Source of the DNA: Acidimicrobiia bacterium
GTDB lineage: Bacteria; Actinomycetota; Acidimicrobiia; Acidimicrobiales; JANYDT01
NCBI GenBank assembly: GCA_043718695.1
Contig: JAYSVF010000100.1
Coordinates: 1 to 53,397, forward strand
Direction of reading: 5' to 3'
Length of the DNA stretch: 53,397 nucleotides
Shown in pieces: positions 36,519 through 45,830 of the stretch. The translations under genes were made by a program, and so were the position numbers. The notes below the pieces were generated by a model. The model worked only from the letters and a program-made list of their open reading frames with translations. It ran no database searches and was not told where the DNA came from. The number at the start of each line of letters is the position of its first letter. Position 1 is the stretch's first letter.

Positions 36519-37763
36519 ATGATTTTGGTGAGCATCGATGACCACATCATTGAACCGCCCGATGTGTTCAAGAACCACATGCCGGAGAAGTTTCGCGATG
36601 TGGGACCGCAATTCACCCGTCTTGACAATGGTGTCGATCATTGGGTTTTCCAGGGCGAAATTATGGGCACCGTCGGGTTGGGTGCGGTTGCTTCGTGGCC
36701 GAAACATGAGTGGGGTTTCGAACCGGTAGGCCACGCCGAAATGCGGCCTGGTTGCTACGACATGCACCAACGGGTGCGTGACATGAATGCCAACGGTGTG
36801 CTCGCCGCCATCAACTTCCCAACCGCCGCGGGATTTGCTGGCGCATGGTTGGCGAGCAAGCCTGATCGCGCACTCTCGGCCATGGCAATTTCGGCCTACA
36901 ACGACTGGCAAATCGATGAACTGGGTGCTTCCTATCCCGGTCGCTTCATTCCCATGGGAGTGTTGCCGCTTTGGGTTACTGATGCGTGTGTCTTGGAACT
37001 TGAGCGGATCGCCGCCAAGGGTTGCACCACGGTGAGTTTTCCAGAAACTCCGTACGCAAACGATTTGCCCGGCTTCTACGGCGACCATTGGGACGGGGTT
37101 TTTGAGGCCGCGGAACGCTTGCAAATTGTGCTGTCGATGCATATCGGTGGGGCGTTCAATCTGCTGAAGCGACCAGAAGGCGCGCATATGGATCAGCTCA
37201 TTGTGCTGTCGGCGCAACTCTCGGGGGTGGCTTGCACGGATTTGATTACCTCGGGGACGTTTAAAAAGTTTCCGAACTTGAAGGTTGCTCTCTCCGAAGG
37301 TGGCATCGGCTGGGTGCCGTTCCTGCTCGATCGCATGGACAAGCACATGTGGAATCACTCATGGACGAACCTTGATATCGGTGCCGAATCAGCGACGGAA
37401 ATTTGGAAGCGGAACTTCCTCGGTTGCTTTGTCACTGAGCCAACCGGGCTTCGGGTCATCGACCGTATGGGTGAAGAAACCGTTGCTTGGGAATGCGACT
37501 TTCCGCACTCCGATTCCACCTGGCCAACTTCACCTGAGTATCTCTACGCGGAGATCGAAGCAATGGGCGGCATGAGCGACGCAACCATCAACAAAATCAC
37601 ATGGGAAAACGCCTGCCGTTTCTACCGTTGGGATCCCTTCAAGCACACCCCACGCGACCGGGCCACCGTCGGTGCGCTTCGAGCTCTTGCGGGCGACGTT
37701 GACGTCTCGACAACTACGAAGGCGCAATATCGCGAACGGTACGTTGGAGCTCTCGGAAACTAA
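36519..37763 (+). CDS. amidohydrolase-2 family protein
   Basis: LVSIDDHIIEPPDVF, SFPE and CDFPHSDSTWP motifs are typical of ACMSD-like amidohydrolases. Confidence 0.85.
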   Translation: MILVSIDDHIIEPPDVFKNHMPEKFRDVGPQFTRLDNGVDHWVFQGEIMGTVGLGAVASWPKHEWGFEPVGHAEMRPGCYDMHQRVRDMNANGVLAAINFPTAAGFAGAWLASKPDRALSAMAISAYNDWQIDELGASYPGRFIPMGVLPLWVTDACVLELERIAAKGCTTVSFPETPYANDLPGFYGDHWDGVFEAAERLQIVLSMHIGGAFNLLKRPEGAHMDQLIVLSAQLSGVACTDLITSGTFKKFPNLKVALSEGGIGWVPFLLDRMDKHMWNHSWTNLDIGAESATEIWKRNFLGCFVTEPTGLRVIDRMGEETVAWECDFPHSDSTWPTSPEYLYAEIEAMGGMSDATINKITWENACRFYRWDPFKHTPRDRATVGALRALAGDVDVSTTTKAQYRERYVGALGN

Positions 37764-37799
37764 GCAATCGGGAACTGAGTATTCGGAACTGGTGAATTG

Positions 37800-38585
37800 A
37801 TGACTTCAGAAATCGACAACGCAACAACCATCGTGTTCGTGCATGGTGGTCAACATACCGGTGCCTGTTGGCAGCCAACGGTCGATGCGATCAAAGCCGC
37901 CAACCCAGCAGTTCATACGGTATCGGTTGATCTGCCGGGGCGACGGAACGAACCGGGTGATCTCGCCACACTCACGATTGATCAATGCGCTCGTAGTGTC
38001 GTGCGCCAAATCGATGCTGCTGGTGCTGGAAAGATCATGTTGGTTGGTCACTCGATGGCAGGGTTAACGTTGCCCGCAGCGGCCACATTGCTTGGTGCTG
38101 ATCGCGTGAGCCACATGGTGTACCTCGCCTGTTGCGTTCCGCCGCAGGGTAAAACTGTGATGTCCACACTCAAGCCACCGGTTAGTTGGTTCGCAGAAAT
38201 TCTTGGCCGATTTCAAAAAGTCAGCAAGCCCATGCCTGGCCCAATCGCCAAGTGGATGTTCGCCAACGGGATGACCGATGCACAAAAGGCGCAAGTAGTA
38301 GCGGGCCTCGTTTCCGAGAGCTCCGCCGTTACCCGCGAACCCGTCGATCGATCCAAAATGCCCGACATCGACACAACGTGGATCATCACCAAGCAAGACA
38401 ATTCGCTCGAGCCAGCGTTACAACGAGAGTTCATCGCCAACGGCGACTTCGGCGAAGCGTTTGGCGGCTACTTGGCGGGGGGCTCCGTAACCTCGGGCCA
38501 TGTTCTCATCGCGCCAGGCGGCCACGTCGCCAGCTTTGCCTACAAGTTCCATCATGGTGAGCGACATCTGCCAATGGCTACGTAG
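37800..38585 (+). CDS. alpha/beta-fold hydrolase
   Basis: IVFVHGGQHTGACW and the nucleophile elbow LVGHSMAG. ATG at 37800 follows the TTG at 37797. Confidence 0.8.
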   Translation: MTSEIDNATTIVFVHGGQHTGACWQPTVDAIKAANPAVHTVSVDLPGRRNEPGDLATLTIDQCARSVVRQIDAAGAGKIMLVGHSMAGLTLPAAATLLGADRVSHMVYLACCVPPQGKTVMSTLKPPVSWFAEILGRFQKVSKPMPGPIAKWMFANGMTDAQKAQVVAGLVSESSAVTREPVDRSKMPDIDTTWIITKQDNSLEPALQREFIANGDFGEAFGGYLAGGSVTSGHVLIAPGGHVASFAYKFHHGERHLPMAT

Positions 38586-39291
38586 GCCCATGAGCTCCCA
38601 CGATTGCTTGACCAAGGCCCTTGGTGCCCATCAACGTCGACAGGGGAGCCTGAGCGATTTGGCGGGCCAACAGTTCGACGGTGTCTTCGAGCTCGGCACG
38701 TGGCACCACTCGGTTAACCATACCCATACGCAACGCTTCCTCCGCATTCACGGTTTGGGCGAGATATAAGTACTCATAGGTTCGGTGGTAGTTCATGAAC
38801 AGCCATGGTTCCATCATGGTTTCGCCACCGGGAAAGCCCAATCCCTGGACCAGAGGCATTTGGAAGTACGCGTCGTCGGCAGCAATCACGATGTCGGGGA
38901 GGAGCGCGAAATAGGTTCCACCACCGATGGCATAGCCGTGCACGGCACTAGTCGTTGGCTTCGTGAATTCCCAGAGGTGCAGCACGGGCCAGAGGAACAG
39001 ATCGGCCTGGCCTTTCCAAGGGTGTCCGGCAACGGCTGCTTCGGCGAATTCGGGAAAGGCCATGGGTCCATCGGCAACCGCGTGCCCGGAGGAGAATCCC
39101 TTACCGTTGGCCTTGAGGATCACGACCTTGATGGCGTAATCCTTCTCGGCATCCTTCAGACAAAACTCGACCTCATTGGCCATAGGTGAATCCTGCGAAT
39201 TGGCGCGCTCCGGGCGATTCAGAATGATCCGAGCAATCGGACCTTCTTTTTCGTAGATGACGGCCTGCAGCGAGTTGAGATCCATTGACAT
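38578..39291 (-). CDS. enoyl-CoA hydratase/isomerase (crotonase) family
   Basis: ARIILNRPERANS...VVILKANGKGFSSG...AVHGYAIGGG. ATG at 39291 (MSMDLNS) is preferred to the track start at 39468. Confidence 0.85.
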   Translation of the reverse strand: MSMDLNSLQAVIYEKEGPIARIILNRPERANSQDSPMANEVEFCLKDAEKDYAIKVVILKANGKGFSSGHAVADGPMAFPEFAEAAVAGHPWKGQADLFLWPVLHLWEFTKPTTSAVHGYAIGGGTYFALLPDIVIAADDAYFQMPLVQGLGFPGGETMMEPWLFMNYHRTYEYLYLAQTVNAEEALRMGMVNRVVPRAELEDTVELLARQIAQAPLSTLMGTKGLGQAIVGAHGPT

Positions 39292-39352
39292 CTTTCGAGC
39301 GTTTGCGGGTGGGAGGCAGGTTTTGTTGGGTGGCCTGCGAACAGGTAGGCCG

Positions 39353-40426
39353 CTACAGCGAGTCGGCGAAGCTCTTGATCGAGTGAATCGTTGAAAGGTA
39401 GACCTCGGGCATGGCATCGCGGAAAATGCAATCGCCGGCATGACAGGTGCCCTGCACGGTGCGACCAACTGCAGGAACCCCTGCCGCTAAGAGCTTTCGG
39501 TAGAACGCCAAGCCTTCGTCGCGCAACGGGTCGAGCTCGTTCACGGAGATGACGTGCGGTGGTAGTCCGCGAAGGTCGTCGACGCTTGCGTAGTACGGCC
39601 AAGCCAGGGGATTGGTGGTGTGCGCGTCGATCGGGTCATAGACCTTGGCCATAATCGCCATCGCATCGGCACCGAGGAAGTACCCATCATTTTCAGCCAA
39701 CGATTGCAACTCGGGCGCCTTTGGATCATAAGCACCGGAAATGTATGGGCACTGGGCATAGACGCCGTCGATCTGGCTGATTCGGCCGTCTTTGCTGGCC
39801 TTCAGTGTCGTGGCAATCGTGAGGTTGCCGCCACCGGATTCACCGGAAACGATTACCTTTGAAATACCTAAGCGCGCTTTGTTATCGGCAACCCACTGCA
39901 ATGCCGAGGAACAATCGTTGAGCCCTGCGGGGAAGGGATGGGGGCCAAGTTTGCCTCCGCTGTTACGAAACTCCACGCCGACCACAATCATGCCGGTAGC
40001 AGCGAGCTCATTTCTCCACCGAACGTAACCGGCCCCCGCTGCTTCAAGAATGGCCATTCCGCCACCGTGAATGTGGAGGACGCAGGGCAAGTTTCCTGTT
40101 GCCGCAGCGGGGCGATGGATGTACAGATTGATGTTGTTCCCATCGACGCCTTGAATGACTTCAGTGCTCGCCGTGACACCTTGGATTGCTGGGGCATTGG
40201 CACTCAGAACTGCACCCAATTCACCAAACCCCGCTTCAGAAAGTTCGCAGTATTGCAGCAGCTGATCAAGTGGCGCACTCGCTTTGAACGGTGCTTCCGG
40301 CGGCGTGCCGTCCATGCCCAACGCCGACATGACGGCAATCATTCGGGGATCGGCACGAGGGTCATCACGTATGACCATCCCCGGGGTTCCGATTTGACCG
40401 GCGAGCGTGAAGGGGGCACTGGGCAT
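39353..40426 (-). CDS. alpha/beta hydrolase, HSL-type esterase/lipase
   Basis: HGGG oxyanion motif (LHIHGGGM) and GESGGG nucleophile elbow. ATG at 40426 sits 7 nt after AAGGA. Confidence 0.85.
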   Translation of the reverse strand: MPSAPFTLAGQIGTPGMVIRDDPRADPRMIAVMSALGMDGTPPEAPFKASAPLDQLLQYCELSEAGFGELGAVLSANAPAIQGVTASTEVIQGVDGNNINLYIHRPAAATGNLPCVLHIHGGGMAILEAAGAGYVRWRNELAATGMIVVGVEFRNSGGKLGPHPFPAGLNDCSSALQWVADNKARLGISKVIVSGESGGGNLTIATTLKASKDGRISQIDGVYAQCPYISGAYDPKAPELQSLAENDGYFLGADAMAIMAKVYDPIDAHTTNPLAWPYYASVDDLRGLPPHVISVNELDPLRDEGLAFYRKLLAAGVPAVGRTVQGTCHAGDCIFRDAMPEVYLSTIHSIKSFADSL

Positions 40427-40648
40427 GGCAATCCTTTGATCGAAGTCGACAGATCTGCACCCTAAATGGTGAGCGGATGCAAACGCAAAGCCTGCGGTTC
40501 CCAGTCGGGCGCTCAACGTGTGTTGAGTAAGGTGCGAGACGCTTGCCGCTGCGATGTTGGCCCCCACTCGCATCCACACGGCCTTCCACTCGCATCCATA
40601 TGGCACTCCACTTGGGAATTCGTTCTGACATCGATACTGTGAGGCTCT

Positions 40649-41926
40649 ATGGATCTCACCGAATCAGCGAGCCGCGAGCAGACCACCGATCAAGCAGCTC
40701 CGGCTCAGGGTGCCGCACCCCTCGCTGGGCTACGGGTTGTGGAGATCACCAGCATTTATTCTGGGCCCCTTGCCGGGGTATTACTCGCCGAGCTAGGTGC
40801 CGAAGTGATCAAGGTTGAGAGCCATGACCGGCCCGATCTCATTCGCAACTCAACCCAAGGACCACACGGGCTGAGTACGGTTTTCTATGCGTTGAATCGT
40901 GGCAAACGATTTGTGTCGATCGATGGAAGCACGGTTGAGGGTCGAGCCCTACTTATCGACTTGGTGTGTGGTGCCGACATTTTTCTGCACAACATGCGAC
41001 CGGGAAAACCCGAAGGAATTGGCCTCGATTACGAAGAGTTGGCCAAGCGGAATCCGCGACTGATTTTTGCGGCGATCTCTGGCCTCGGCACTGAAGGACC
41101 GGATGCGCATCAGCCGGTCTATGACTATGTGATTCAGGCCCGCATTGGCATGGTGGATTATCAGCGAAACATCACCACAGGACGGTCCTCGCTGATCAGC
41201 CAGGTGCTGGTTGACAAGACCACCGCGCAGGCCACGGTGCAAGGCATCCTTGCCGCATTGTATGTGCGCGAACGAACTGGTTTGGGTCAGCGAGTTGATG
41301 TGCCAATGTTGGGGGCCGGTCTGCACTTCCAATGGTCTGATGCGATGGGGCCGCGCTTTACTGAAGTCAACCCAGTAATTGACCCCAAGAACATTCCAGC
41401 GCACTTTATTCAGCTCCCCTCCGCTGCGTTGTTGGTGATCCAAGGAAGTGACGGGGGCGAGATTGCCTGCAGCCCTGCGCTTCCGCCTTGGGACGGGTTT
41501 GCCATTGCCCTCGATCGACCAGAGTGGATCGTGGATGAGCGCTTCATTGATGCTGCAAAACGTGCGGTCTTCTTGCCGGATTTGCTTGGCGAAATCAATG
41601 AAGCGGCGGCGATGTTCACTGCCGACGAGCTGCTGGAGCGATTCCAGGAAAACGGGGTGGCTTCAGGTCCGGTCCAGCGACGGTGGGATGTCCACAATGA
41701 TCGTCAGGTTAAAGCACTTGATCTCATTGTTGAGCGAGAGGTTGAGGGTCTTGGCATGTTGCGTCAACCTCGCCCGATGTGGCACTTTGGCGAATCGAAA
41801 GCTCTCGTCACCTCATCGATGGGACGTACCGGTGAGCACACATTCGAAGTTCTCCGCGAAGCTGGCCTAACCGAAGAAACGATCGCTCGTCTCTTGGCGT
41901 CTGGGGCCATTGCCGTTCCGGTCTAG
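40649..41926 (+). CDS. family III CoA-transferase (CaiB/BaiF type)
   Basis: LAGLRVVEITSIYSGPLAGVLLAELGAEVIKVES. Confidence 0.85.
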   Translation: MDLTESASREQTTDQAAPAQGAAPLAGLRVVEITSIYSGPLAGVLLAELGAEVIKVESHDRPDLIRNSTQGPHGLSTVFYALNRGKRFVSIDGSTVEGRALLIDLVCGADIFLHNMRPGKPEGIGLDYEELAKRNPRLIFAAISGLGTEGPDAHQPVYDYVIQARIGMVDYQRNITTGRSSLISQVLVDKTTAQATVQGILAALYVRERTGLGQRVDVPMLGAGLHFQWSDAMGPRFTEVNPVIDPKNIPAHFIQLPSAALLVIQGSDGGEIACSPALPPWDGFAIALDRPEWIVDERFIDAAKRAVFLPDLLGEINEAAAMFTADELLERFQENGVASGPVQRRWDVHNDRQVKALDLIVEREVEGLGMLRQPRPMWHFGESKALVTSSMGRTGEHTFEVLREAGLTEETIARLLASGAIAVPV

Positions 41927-41978
41927 CTACGAGGCACTAATGAGGTTTGGGTAGCCTTCGTCGTGGCAGGCTGAAGGA

Positions 41979-42944
41979 ATGCGATTTGTGATTCTTGGTG
42001 CAGGTGGAATTGGCGGAGTGATAGGTGGCCGCTTGTTTCAAAACGGCTTCGATGTGGTGCTCATTGCGCGAGGCGCTCACGGGGCGGCTATTCAATCTTC
42101 CGGACTACGAATTGAAGATCCTGATGCCACGGCAACTCTTTTCATCCCGACCGCAATAACACCGGCTGAGGTGAACTGGAACCCAGATGATGTGGTCTTC
42201 GTCGCCACGAAGAGCCAAGACGCCGAAGCGGCACTTGAAGCCCTGCAGTTTGTGGCACCGCCGACTACCGCTGTGGTCTGCGCGACGAACGGTGTGGAGG
42301 TCGAGCGAATGGCCTTGCGTCGGTTCCGGAATGTGTATGGACTGAATGTGATGATGCCAACGGCCTATCTTGAACCTGGCGTCGTGCAGATCATATGTGC
42401 ACCTATTTCAGGTGGGCTGGATGTTGGTCGATATCCAGAGGGGATCGATCAAACTGCGCTGGACATCGCAGCGGCCCTTTCTGCTTCAACCTTTGTGTCT
42501 GATCCCTGCGAGAAGATCATGCGATTCAAATACCGCAAACTGGTGCTCAATATGGCCAATGCCGTAGAGGCCTCGTGCGGCTTTGGATCGGATGCGGCGA
42601 AGACACTTATCGCCAGAGCTACCGAAGAAGCCGAAGCCGTCTATGTCGCTGCGGGAATCGATGTTGCTGCACCGGAGGAGGACGAAGCAAAACGTGCACT
42701 GATGCGTTACCGTCCCATCAACGGACAACGCCGCGGCGGTGGATCAACGTGGCAGTCAGTGGTGCGAGGAGGGTCGGTGGAGACGGGATACCTCAATGGC
42801 GAAATCGTTCTTCTCGGCCGTCTCCACAACGTGCCAACACCCGTTAACGAGCTTCTTCAAACCGTGATGCTCGAAATGCAACGCAGCGGCGCCGCACCAA
42901 TGTCGTTCGATGCCGAAGCGGTGTTGGCTCGGGTTTCTGCCTAA
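41979..42944 (+). CDS. ketopantoate reductase (PanE/ApbA) family oxidoreductase
   Basis: MRFVILGAGGIGGVIGGRL Rossmann motif and the C-terminal STWQSVVRG...E...NGEIV pattern. Confidence 0.8.
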   Translation: MRFVILGAGGIGGVIGGRLFQNGFDVVLIARGAHGAAIQSSGLRIEDPDATATLFIPTAITPAEVNWNPDDVVFVATKSQDAEAALEALQFVAPPTTAVVCATNGVEVERMALRRFRNVYGLNVMMPTAYLEPGVVQIICAPISGGLDVGRYPEGIDQTALDIAAALSASTFVSDPCEKIMRFKYRKLVLNMANAVEASCGFGSDAAKTLIARATEEAEAVYVAAGIDVAAPEEDEAKRALMRYRPINGQRRGGGSTWQSVVRGGSVETGYLNGEIVLLGRLHNVPTPVNELLQTVMLEMQRSGAAPMSFDAEAVLARVSA

Positions 42945-43070
42945 CACCAATCGAAGCCCTTTCTGGTGCAAACCGGACATACTGGTGCCAAAAAGGACAC
43001 ACCGAGCGCTACCGCCAAGGAATAGTTGATTGGTCTCCGCTAGTGGAACCCTTGCCCATCCGCTCGCGCG

Positions 43071-45824
43071 CTAAGCCAGCCAGCCTCTACGAACAAGCTC
43101 AATTCGCAACTCGTTCATAGCCATGGTTGCCCCAAGGACTCCCTCGGGATCCCCTTTGCCAAAACTGTGCGCCGCCAACTGTGCGGCTGCATGCTCTTCG
43201 ACAATTCCCAGGCGATCTGCTAAGTGACGGGCGAGGAGCGTCATGGCAATGTGACGACAAAAGCCTGTTCGTAGCACCAGGTAACGAGCCAGATCATGGT
43301 CATCTTCGGCCATGGCAAGCGCGCTTAGTAGTAGCAGGCTGTCATTGGCCTCTCGGCTGATTCTTCCTTCAAGTCCTCGTTTTGTGTGGCGCCGAGTGAG
43401 CTCACGGGCCGGGTCCAGTTGACCTTGGGCAAGGTGCGCGAACACTCGGATATCATCACCAAAGGTCTCGTTCGCTGCCAACGTGGCGAATCTATCTACA
43501 GTGATGGTTGCTTCGTGGGGCTCCCCAAATATCACCGAGCAAGCCGCAGCCATAGCGCTCAAACGCATCGACAGAAAAGAGACGTAGTGATTCTTCTCCT
43601 CAAACGATTTGAGCTCGTTGGCATAAGACCTGACCTGTGGGAGATCGTGTGCGTACCCGGCAAGGTTCGATTTCACGAGAGCGAGCCAAAGACGTGCCAA
43701 CTCCGAATTCAAATCGTGTGCATCGGACCCGATTTCGAGCAACGCGTTTTCGGCAGATTCCATATGACTGTTTGAAATACCTCGGTCTACCGGGAACATG
43801 GCAAGGCTGAGTAGGCCAAAGCCGGCGACCCGGCAATTTGGATTGTTGGAACCAAGAATTTCCCCGGCAACGTCTCTCGCTTGAGCCCACGAGTCCAACA
43901 ACGCCAAGCTGAGGAGCACCGCAACGGTCAGATAGTCGGCCAGTTCTGCGTCGAGCAAACGAATGGGGCCTACACATCGGTCGAACAAGTACTTGGCTTC
44001 GCGTGCGGCTCCGTGCAATTCATAAGCAGACAGAGCACCTAGCAGTAGTTCACCGGCGAGAAGCCATTGTTGTTGCTCAACCGCCCAATTGAACGCGGCA
44101 GTAAGATTGCCTCGATCGTTTTTTAGTCTGGCGCCGAGGCGAACCTCGGGAACCATGATTCGGCCTTGCGCACTAACCAGTTGGTGATAGTGGACGAGAT
44201 GGGAGTTACGCAGTTGTTCGTAGGTTCCCTCCAATCGAAGGCATCTCTCGGCATAAGCCTTCACCGTTTCGAGCAGAACAAACCGAGCGGCTCCAACGGT
44301 TTGTGCCTCAGAACGAAGTTCGTGGGATTCTGCTCGTACAACCAGCGACTTGGCTACTAGAGCCTCAAGAAGCCGTCGAACGTTCTGTGGTTTGTCTGGT
44401 TTGTCTGGCCTGTCTGGTTTCTCTGTAGCTCCAGAGATTGCCATAACTGCTTCGAGGTCAAATCCGCCGACGAAGACTCCCAGCGAACGAAAAAGCAGCT
44501 GTTGTTGGGCGTCGAGCAGATCGTAACTCCAAGCCAGAGTCGCATCAAGGGTGCGTTGTCGCTGACGTCGTCGACCGCCGTCGAGCAGGCGAAAGCGGTC
44601 ATCGAGTCCGGCGAGTAGCTCCTGGGGCGTCATTACCGATATGCGAGCGGCAGCCAGTTCGATGGCGAGTGGCAGGCCATCGAGTCTGCTGCACAACGTC
44701 ACAACCACATCGGTATTTGCTTCGTTAAGTGTGAAGTAAGGATCGGTGGCCGATGCACGGTCAAAGAAAAGCTGAACCGCGGGCGATGCAGCAGAGTCTG
44801 CGGCAAGTGTCCCCAACGTCAAGGTTCGTTCGCCGTCAATGTCGAGTGTTTCTCGACTTGTGGCGAGCAAGACCGATTCGCTGCGTGTACGTAAGAATCG
44901 CTCGGCGAACTCGGCGCAGGCATCAATGAGGTGCTCGCAGTTGTCAATGATTATGAGTAGTTTCTTGTCCTGCAGGTACGTAAACAGCGCATCCGCAACG
45001 TTGCGCCCAGCGAGGCGCAACCCCATTGCCGCGCTCACGGCACCCGATATTCCCTCGCCGTTGGTGATGCTCGTGAGGTCAACAAACCAAACTCCCCCAG
45101 GCCGGTGCGCGAGTTCTTCTTCCCCGATGGCAATGGCGAGACGAGTCTTTCCCGAGCCGCCAACCCCAGCGATGGTTACCAACCGACTTGCCCGAAGCGA
45201 TTGACGAGCCATGGCAATATCGTGCTCACGTCCGAGAAGTCTTGTAGGGCGCGCCGGAAGGTTGGTGGCCAACACATCGGTAACACGAAGCGGCGGAAAT
45301 GGTGTGTCACCAATTTGAAACAACCGCAGTGGTTCTGGCACTCCTCGGAGATGGTGCAACCCAAGGTCAATAACTTCGACCCCAACGGCTGCTCTTACGA
45401 GTTCACTGAGGATTATCTGCCCGCCGTGGCCAGCAGCTTCCACTCGGGACGCGGTGTTGACGGGGGACCCAAAATAGTCACCATCTCGCTCTTCCGCTTC
45501 GCCGATATGCAAACCAATACGTACGCGTAGTTGTGGTCCTGGCCAGACGGTATCGCTAAGTCGGGCTTGAATATCGATGGCTGCAGCCACACCCGATGAG
45601 GCCCTTGAGAAAGCGGCAGCAAAGGAGTCTCCTGCGGTGGAAAACGTATAGCCATCATGTTGGGCAATGACTTCGCGCATGATCGAGTCATGGACGCGTA
45701 GCGATCTTGACATGGCATCAGGATCAGCAGCCCACCAATTGGTTGAGGATTCCACGTCGGTGAACAGAAACGTGACAGTTCCGGTTGGTTGGCTAACGTT
45801 AAGAAGGGCATCTGAATGAATCAT
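43071..45824 (-). CDS. class III adenylate/guanylate cyclase domain fused to a STAND-type P-loop ATPase and helical repeats
   Basis: The cyclase residues are TFLFTDVESST, GDSFAAAF and GSPVNTASRVE. The P-loop is IAGVGGSGKTRLA. A long alpha-helical C-terminus follows, with no LuxR HTH seen at the end. Confidence 0.85.
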   Translation of the reverse strand: MIHSDALLNVSQPTGTVTFLFTDVESSTNWWAADPDAMSRSLRVHDSIMREVIAQHDGYTFSTAGDSFAAAFSRASSGVAAAIDIQARLSDTVWPGPQLRVRIGLHIGEAEERDGDYFGSPVNTASRVEAAGHGGQIILSELVRAAVGVEVIDLGLHHLRGVPEPLRLFQIGDTPFPPLRVTDVLATNLPARPTRLLGREHDIAMARQSLRASRLVTIAGVGGSGKTRLAIAIGEEELAHRPGGVWFVDLTSITNGEGISGAVSAAMGLRLAGRNVADALFTYLQDKKLLIIIDNCEHLIDACAEFAERFLRTRSESVLLATSRETLDIDGERTLTLGTLAADSAASPAVQLFFDRASATDPYFTLNEANTDVVVTLCSRLDGLPLAIELAAARISVMTPQELLAGLDDRFRLLDGGRRRQRQRTLDATLAWSYDLLDAQQQLLFRSLGVFVGGFDLEAVMAISGATEKPDRPDKPDKPQNVRRLLEALVAKSLVVRAESHELRSEAQTVGAARFVLLETVKAYAERCLRLEGTYEQLRNSHLVHYHQLVSAQGRIMVPEVRLGARLKNDRGNLTAAFNWAVEQQQWLLAGELLLGALSAYELHGAAREAKYLFDRCVGPIRLLDAELADYLTVAVLLSLALLDSWAQARDVAGEILGSNNPNCRVAGFGLLSLAMFPVDRGISNSHMESAENALLEIGSDAHDLNSELARLWLALVKSNLAGYAHDLPQVRSYANELKSFEEKNHYVSFLSMRLSAMAAACSVIFGEPHEATITVDRFATLAANETFGDDIRVFAHLAQGQLDPARELTRRHTKRGLEGRISREANDSLLLLSALAMAEDDHDLARYLVLRTGFCRHIAMTLLARHLADRLGIVEEHAAAQLAAHSFGKGDPEGVLGATMAMNELRIELVRRGWLA
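44389..44424. repeat. in-frame 9-nt repeat GGTTTGTCT x4 (imperfect) inside the cyclase-ATPase gene
   Basis: Read directly. It encodes EKPDRPDKPDKPQ on the minus strand. Confidence 0.8.
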
Positions 45825-45830
45825 GCGCGC

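Noticed and set aside
38578-38585. 8-nt overlap of the convergent alpha/beta hydrolase and crotonase stops, considered as a sign of frameshift or mis-assembly
   Set aside because: Both C-termini read as plausible family endings in their own frames. Short convergent overlaps are common in compact genomes.
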